Shown here in pieces: positions 36,597 through 40,567 of a stretch of 40,567 bases of DNA. Numbering within the stretch: the stretch's first letter is position 1; each line of letters opens with the position of its first letter. The position numbers and the translations under genes were made by a program. The notes beneath the pieces were generated by a model. That model was not told the origin of the DNA, did no database searches, and worked only from the letters and a program-made list of their open reading frames with translations. The stretch is from Gemmatimonadaceae bacterium (GTDB lineage Bacteria; Gemmatimonadota; Gemmatimonadetes; Gemmatimonadales; Gemmatimonadaceae): the NCBI GenBank assembly GCA_033763905.1, contig JANRJP010000139.1, forward strand, positions 1-40,567, given 5' to 3'.

Positions 36597-37322
36597 TCAC
36601 GGATCGATCCGGACGGGTATACGGAAGACGCGGTAGGTCGTCTCGACCTGCAACGTGTCGCGGCCCGCGGTCACCCCGGTCACGCGGGTGCTGTCGGTGC
36701 GGATCCACGGCCGCCCGGAGCCCGCAAAATCCAAATCGAGGTTGGCGCTCCGCGAGACCGTGAAGGGTGCGCCGGGCCCGCGCAGGCTGCGAATGCGCAC
36801 CGGCGGCAAGGACCGCCCTTCGCGCTCGATCGTGCCGTTCGTCCGCTCGCCGGCCAGCGGCACCCGCACCGTCTGGCCCACGCGCACGATGATCGAGTCG
36901 CCTTCGGCGAACAGCCGGCGGATGCGGAAGACTTCGGACTGCAATCCGCTCAACTCGGCCCCGCGTGAGGCAAAAATCAGCGCGCGGCCCGAGGGGGCCG
37001 ACGGCGTGGACCCGACGGTGTCGCGCACCACGAACGTGGCCTGCGAGACGGCGATGCGCGGAACAATGCTGTCCCAGGAATCGTCGGGCGCGAAATCACC
37101 GGTCGTCGGGTCGCAGAACTCGTCGCGGCTGGAGATGCCACCGGTGTCGTCGATGCGGCAGAGCTCCGCCAGCAGCCGCACCGTGTCACCTGGCAACAAC
37201 ACCGGCGCGTAGATCGACCGATCCGCCAGGTTGACCGCGAAGAATCGGTTGTCGCCGGACGGCTCGCTGGCGAGCGAGCAGGCCGTCGCGAACACGGGCA
37301 GAAGCGAGCGAATCAATCGCAT
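36597..37322 (-). CDS. Hypothetical lipoprotein
   Basis: MRLIRSLLPVFATA-C lipobox-like signal; beta-rich Ig-like C-terminus (VTGVTAGRDTLQV). Confidence 0.6.
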   Translation of the reverse strand: MRLIRSLLPVFATACSLASEPSGDNRFFAVNLADRSIYAPVLLPGDTVRLLAELCRIDDTGGISSRDEFCDPTTGDFAPDDSWDSIVPRIAVSQATFVVRDTVGSTPSAPSGRALIFASRGAELSGLQSEVFRIRRLFAEGDSIIVRVGQTVRVPLAGERTNGTIEREGRSLPPVRIRSLRGPGAPFTVSRSANLDLDFAGSGRPWIRTDSTRVTGVTAGRDTLQVETTYRVFRIPVRIDP

Positions 37323-37429
37323 AGAGCAGGGACCGGTGAGCACATCGGCCGTCGGTGGGACGGCGGAGCAGGCGTTGCGAAGTTAACTATCCCAGATGCG
37401 TTCGTACTCGTTCCAGCGTCGTCCGATCA

Positions 37430-38854
37430 ATGACCGCGACTGACTCCTCGGTCATCGTCGTCGTACTAGACGGCGTGCGGCCCGACACGCTGCGGGACGC
37501 GCTCGACGCCGGCCACGCGCCCGCGCTCCGTCAACTCCGGGACGATGGCGGCGACCACACGATCACCACCGTCTTTCCATCGGTGACGGGGCTCGGCTAC
37601 GTGCCGTTCGTGGCGGGGCGGCATCCGGTGCCGGCGGGCATTCCGGGTCTTCGGTGGTACGACCGCGCACGCACGCACATCCGCCGCGGCAGTCACGCGC
37701 GCAGCTACATCGGCTGGGCGATGCGCTACTTCGATCGCGACCTGCACCCCGAGGTCGACACGCTCTTCCAGCACGCGCGCCCAAGCTTTGGCGCGATGAC
37801 GATGATCGGTCGCGGGCTCGCGCCACGCGACTGGCTCGGCACGGGACTCAACTGGCAACTCCGCGGCGCCCGCATTCACTTCGGGCGCGGCGGCCTCAAG
37901 CGCTGGCTGGAATGGGATCGCGACGTCGCGGGTCACGTCGCCGCCCACGTGCGACGGCACGCGCCGCAGTTCACGCTCGCCGCGGTGCTCACCCCCGACA
38001 AAGTGCAACACGCCGAAGGGCAGCAGTCCCCCAAGCTGCTCGAGACGATTCGCATCGGCGATGCGCTGGTGGCCGAACTGCGGCACGACCTCGAACGCGC
38101 CGGACGCTGGGATCGCACGCAGTTGTGGATCGTCAGCGACCACGGGCATTCGCCGACGCCCAAGCACGACGAACTTGTGGACGTGCTGCTCGGCGAAGGG
38201 CTCACCGTGGCCGCGCATCCCTTCGCGGGCAAGGCCAAGTCGTCGGACGTCGTCGTTGGCGTGAGCGGAAACGCCCAAGCGCATATCTATCTCGACCCGC
38301 AGCGGCGCACCCGACTCGGCGCCGAGGCGTTGGCCGGTCGCTGGGGAGCCGTGACCGACCTGCTGTCGTCGCGAGAGAGTGTCGACCTCGCCATCGTGCC
38401 GCTCGGCGACGACACCGCGCGCGTCTCGGCGCCTGGCCGCGGCGCGGCGCTGGTGCGCTGGAGTCACGGCCGCGTCTCGTACCTGCCCCAGGACGGCGAC
38501 CCGCTGCGGCTCGACGACGAGCTCAGCGAACTCGACGCCGTGGATGCGTGGGACGCCTGCCTACCGACCGACCACCCCGACGGGCTCGTGCAGATCGCCG
38601 CCGTTGCCGGCGCCGCGCGCAGCGGCGATGTGATTCTCTCGGCCGCACGCGAGTGGGACTTCCGCAAGCGCTACGAGCCCGTGCTGCACGTCAGCGGACA
38701 CGGCGCGCTGCACCGCGAGCATATGCTGGTGCCGATGTTGCTCAACCGCCCGCCCGTCGGCGTGCCGCGCCGCACGGTGGACATCGGCGTCTCGGCGGCG
38801 CGCGCGCTCCAGCTCGACGCGCTGCGCGGCGCCGACGGCGCGTCGTTCGTCTAG
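37430..38854 (+). CDS. Alkaline phosphatase superfamily, nucleotide pyrophosphatase/phosphodiesterase-like
   Basis: VVVLDGVR, TVFPSVT, PDKVQH, VSDHG, SGHG. Confidence 0.88.
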   Translation: MTATDSSVIVVVLDGVRPDTLRDALDAGHAPALRQLRDDGGDHTITTVFPSVTGLGYVPFVAGRHPVPAGIPGLRWYDRARTHIRRGSHARSYIGWAMRYFDRDLHPEVDTLFQHARPSFGAMTMIGRGLAPRDWLGTGLNWQLRGARIHFGRGGLKRWLEWDRDVAGHVAAHVRRHAPQFTLAAVLTPDKVQHAEGQQSPKLLETIRIGDALVAELRHDLERAGRWDRTQLWIVSDHGHSPTPKHDELVDVLLGEGLTVAAHPFAGKAKSSDVVVGVSGNAQAHIYLDPQRRTRLGAEALAGRWGAVTDLLSSRESVDLAIVPLGDDTARVSAPGRGAALVRWSHGRVSYLPQDGDPLRLDDELSELDAVDAWDACLPTDHPDGLVQIAAVAGAARSGDVILSAAREWDFRKRYEPVLHVSGHGALHREHMLVPMLLNRPPVGVPRRTVDIGVSAARALQLDALRGADGASFV

Positions 38855-38867
38855 CGCCGCGCCGAGC

Positions 38868-39929
38868 TCAGCTCGCAGCGCCGACCGGCGCGTGCTGCGA
38901 CGCCAGCTCGCGGCGCACGATGGGCGCGACCTTGGTACCGAACAGCTCGATCGATCGCATCACGGCGTCGTGTGAACCGGGCCCAAGCGACATCTGCAAC
39001 AGGAAGCGCGAATGCCCGAAAAGCTGGTGCTGGGCCAGAATCTTCTCGGCCACCTGCTCCGGATCGCCCACGAACAACGCGCCGGGCAGTGTGCACTCGG
39101 CATCGAACTTGGCCCGCGTCGGCGGCGGCCAGCCGCGTTCGCGACCGATGCGACCCATCATCGTGGCGTACTGCGGCCAGTAGGCCTCGAGGGCTGCTGA
39201 CGATGTTTCGCCAATGATGCCGTGCGAGTTGATGCTCAGCGGCAACGCATCCGCCGCGCGGCCGGTCCGCACCAGCGTGTCGCGGTAGATCTTCACGAAG
39301 GGGCCGAACTGCGCCCACTGTCCGCCAATGATCGCAATGGCCAGTGGCAGGCCCAGTGCCGCCGCGCGCACGACCGACTGCGGCGTGCCGCCTACGGCAA
39401 TCCACACCGGCAACGACTGCTGCAGCGGCCGCGGCCAAATGGCCTGCTCGTGCAAGGGCGCGCGGAACTTCCCTCGCCACGTCACGCGGTCGTTGTCTCG
39501 AATGGCCAGCAGCAACTGGAGCTTCTCGGAGAACAGGTCGTCGTAGTCGTCGAGGTTGTACCCAAAGAGCGGGAACGACTCGATGAACGACCCGCGCCCG
39601 GCGGTGATCTCGGCGCGCCCACCCGAGATGAGATCTAGCGTGGCGAACTCCTGAAAGACCCGCACCGGGTCGTCCGAACTCAGCACCGTGACCGTGCTGG
39701 TGAGGCGGATGCGCGAGGTCTTGGCTGCGATGGCCGCGAGGACAACCGCCGGTGTGGACACCACGAAGTCGGGCCGGTGGTGCTCGCCCACGCCAAAGAC
39801 GTCGAGCCCGACCTGCTCGGCCAGCTGTGCCTGTTCCAGCAGCTCAGCCATCCGGCGGTCGGCGTCGAGCATTCCGCCGGTGGCGGGATCCACCGCGGAC
39901 GGGACGAAGGTGTAGAGACCGAGTTCCAT
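38868..39929 (-). CDS. LLM class flavin-dependent oxidoreductase (luciferase-like)
   Basis: GVGEHHRPDF, TVLSSDDPVRVFQEFATLD, GRGSFIESFPLFG, GGTPQS. Confidence 0.93.
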   Translation of the reverse strand: MELGLYTFVPSAVDPATGGMLDADRRMAELLEQAQLAEQVGLDVFGVGEHHRPDFVVSTPAVVLAAIAAKTSRIRLTSTVTVLSSDDPVRVFQEFATLDLISGGRAEITAGRGSFIESFPLFGYNLDDYDDLFSEKLQLLLAIRDNDRVTWRGKFRAPLHEQAIWPRPLQQSLPVWIAVGGTPQSVVRAAALGLPLAIAIIGGQWAQFGPFVKIYRDTLVRTGRAADALPLSINSHGIIGETSSAALEAYWPQYATMMGRIGRERGWPPPTRAKFDAECTLPGALFVGDPEQVAEKILAQHQLFGHSRFLLQMSLGPGSHDAVMRSIELFGTKVAPIVRRELASQHAPVGAAS

Positions 39930-40008
39930 AGGTAAGAGAATCTACGCGCGACCCTCGGCCGGAGTTCACCGGCCCAGCGCCACTCGCTGCCGATGCTATC
40001 TTTCGCGA

Positions 40009-40254
40009 ATGCCGTGGGTTTCGTTGATCCTCCGCTTGACGGTGCACGCCGTGCTGCACCCGCTGGACGGCCTCGCGATGGTGCGCGTTGGCTGGCGTTT
40101 CCGGCGCCGCGGGTGGTTCGCGCGGGTGCCGTTCCTGCCGCTGCCGTCGATGCCGTACGTGCGCTGGCGGATGTACACCGCGTTCGGCGCCGAGGACGCG
40201 GTCCCGACGGTCGAAGACGTCGTCAGCTACGCGCGCTGGGCGGTTCGCGGTTGA
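40009..40254 (+). CDS. Small hypothetical protein (81 aa)
   Basis: RRRGWFARVPFLPLPSMPYVRWRMYTAFG; TGc-TATCTT 6 nt before the ATG; TGATG overlap with queG. Confidence 0.7.
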   Translation: MPWVSLILRLTVHAVLHPLDGLAMVRVGWRFRRRGWFARVPFLPLPSMPYVRWRMYTAFGAEDAVPTVEDVVSYARWAVRG

Positions 40255-40567
40255 TGGCAAACGCGCTCGAGCGTCGGCTCGAAGCGCAGGCGTACGCGCT
40301 GGGATTCGATCTTGTCGGCTTCGCCCGTTTGGGCCCTCCCGACACATTGGCGCACTACGAGCAGTGGCTCGTGGACGGCCGCCACGCCGGCCTCGGCTAT
40401 ATGGAGCGCTCGCGAGAACTGCGCGCCGACAGCACGCGGCCGGAGGCTGGAATGGTCTCGGCGATCGTGGTCGCAATGAACTACGGCGGCACGCAGCCGA
40501 GCGGTCCGATCGCGCGGTACGCGCGCGGGACGGATTATCACCGCGTGCTGTGGGACAAGCTCGACGC
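40254..40567 (+). CDS. queG: Epoxyqueuosine reductase QueG, N-terminal part (runs off the window edge)
   Basis: Hand translation MANALERRLEAQAYALGFDLVG...EQWLVDGRHAGLGYME...SAIVVAMNY...IARYARGTDYHRVL. Confidence 0.88.
   Translation, partial: MANALERRLEAQAYALGFDLVGFARLGPPDTLAHYEQWLVDGRHAGLGYMERSRELRADSTRPEAGMVSAIVVAMNYGGTQPSGPIARYARGTDYHRVLWDKLD

Noticed and set aside
1..40567. CRISPR array, tRNA/rRNA, IS element, prophage or low-GC island
   Set aside because: No repeat-spacer pattern, RNA-gene signature, transposase, integrase or compositional shift was seen; intergenic gaps are all short.

Overview
Very GC-rich, densely coded bacterial chromosome segment. The style of its hypothetical proteins suggests Gemmatimonadota, but that is inference. 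I found no rRNA, tRNA, CRISPR array or mobile element. About 40 genes are supported, in this order: partial TolC-family gene; small hypothetical; a catalytically dead half-copy of an M16 protease followed by the intact 932-aa M16 zinc protease; a minus-strand trio (membrane-anchored unknown, thioredoxin-like [2Fe-2S] ferredoxin, DUF3592-like protein) divergent from NsrR-like Rrf2, OsmC and a TonB-dependent receptor; an orphan zinc-binding anti-sigma; a two-subunit GMC flavoprotein translationally coupled to bioF-bioA-bioD, then bioB; hrpB; receiver protein and pdxH; acyltransferase; atypical SDR; lipoprotein; rsgA; proline dehydrogenase; two pilin-like genes; fadI-fadJ-Omp85; glpD; greA; deoxyhypusine-synthase-like and LOG genes; lipoprotein; alkaline-phosphatase-superfamily enzyme; LLM monooxygenase; small protein; partial queG. 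The best candidate for an undescribed system is the GMC/[3Fe-4S] flavoprotein pair at the head of a biotin operon that has no recognisable pimeloyl-supply gene. Non-coding signals include an IscR-type operator, an ArsR-like palindrome, an ECF-type promoter before the orphan anti-sigma, a greA leader terminator and repeated leaderless starts. All calls come from reading motifs by eye; no database search was run.
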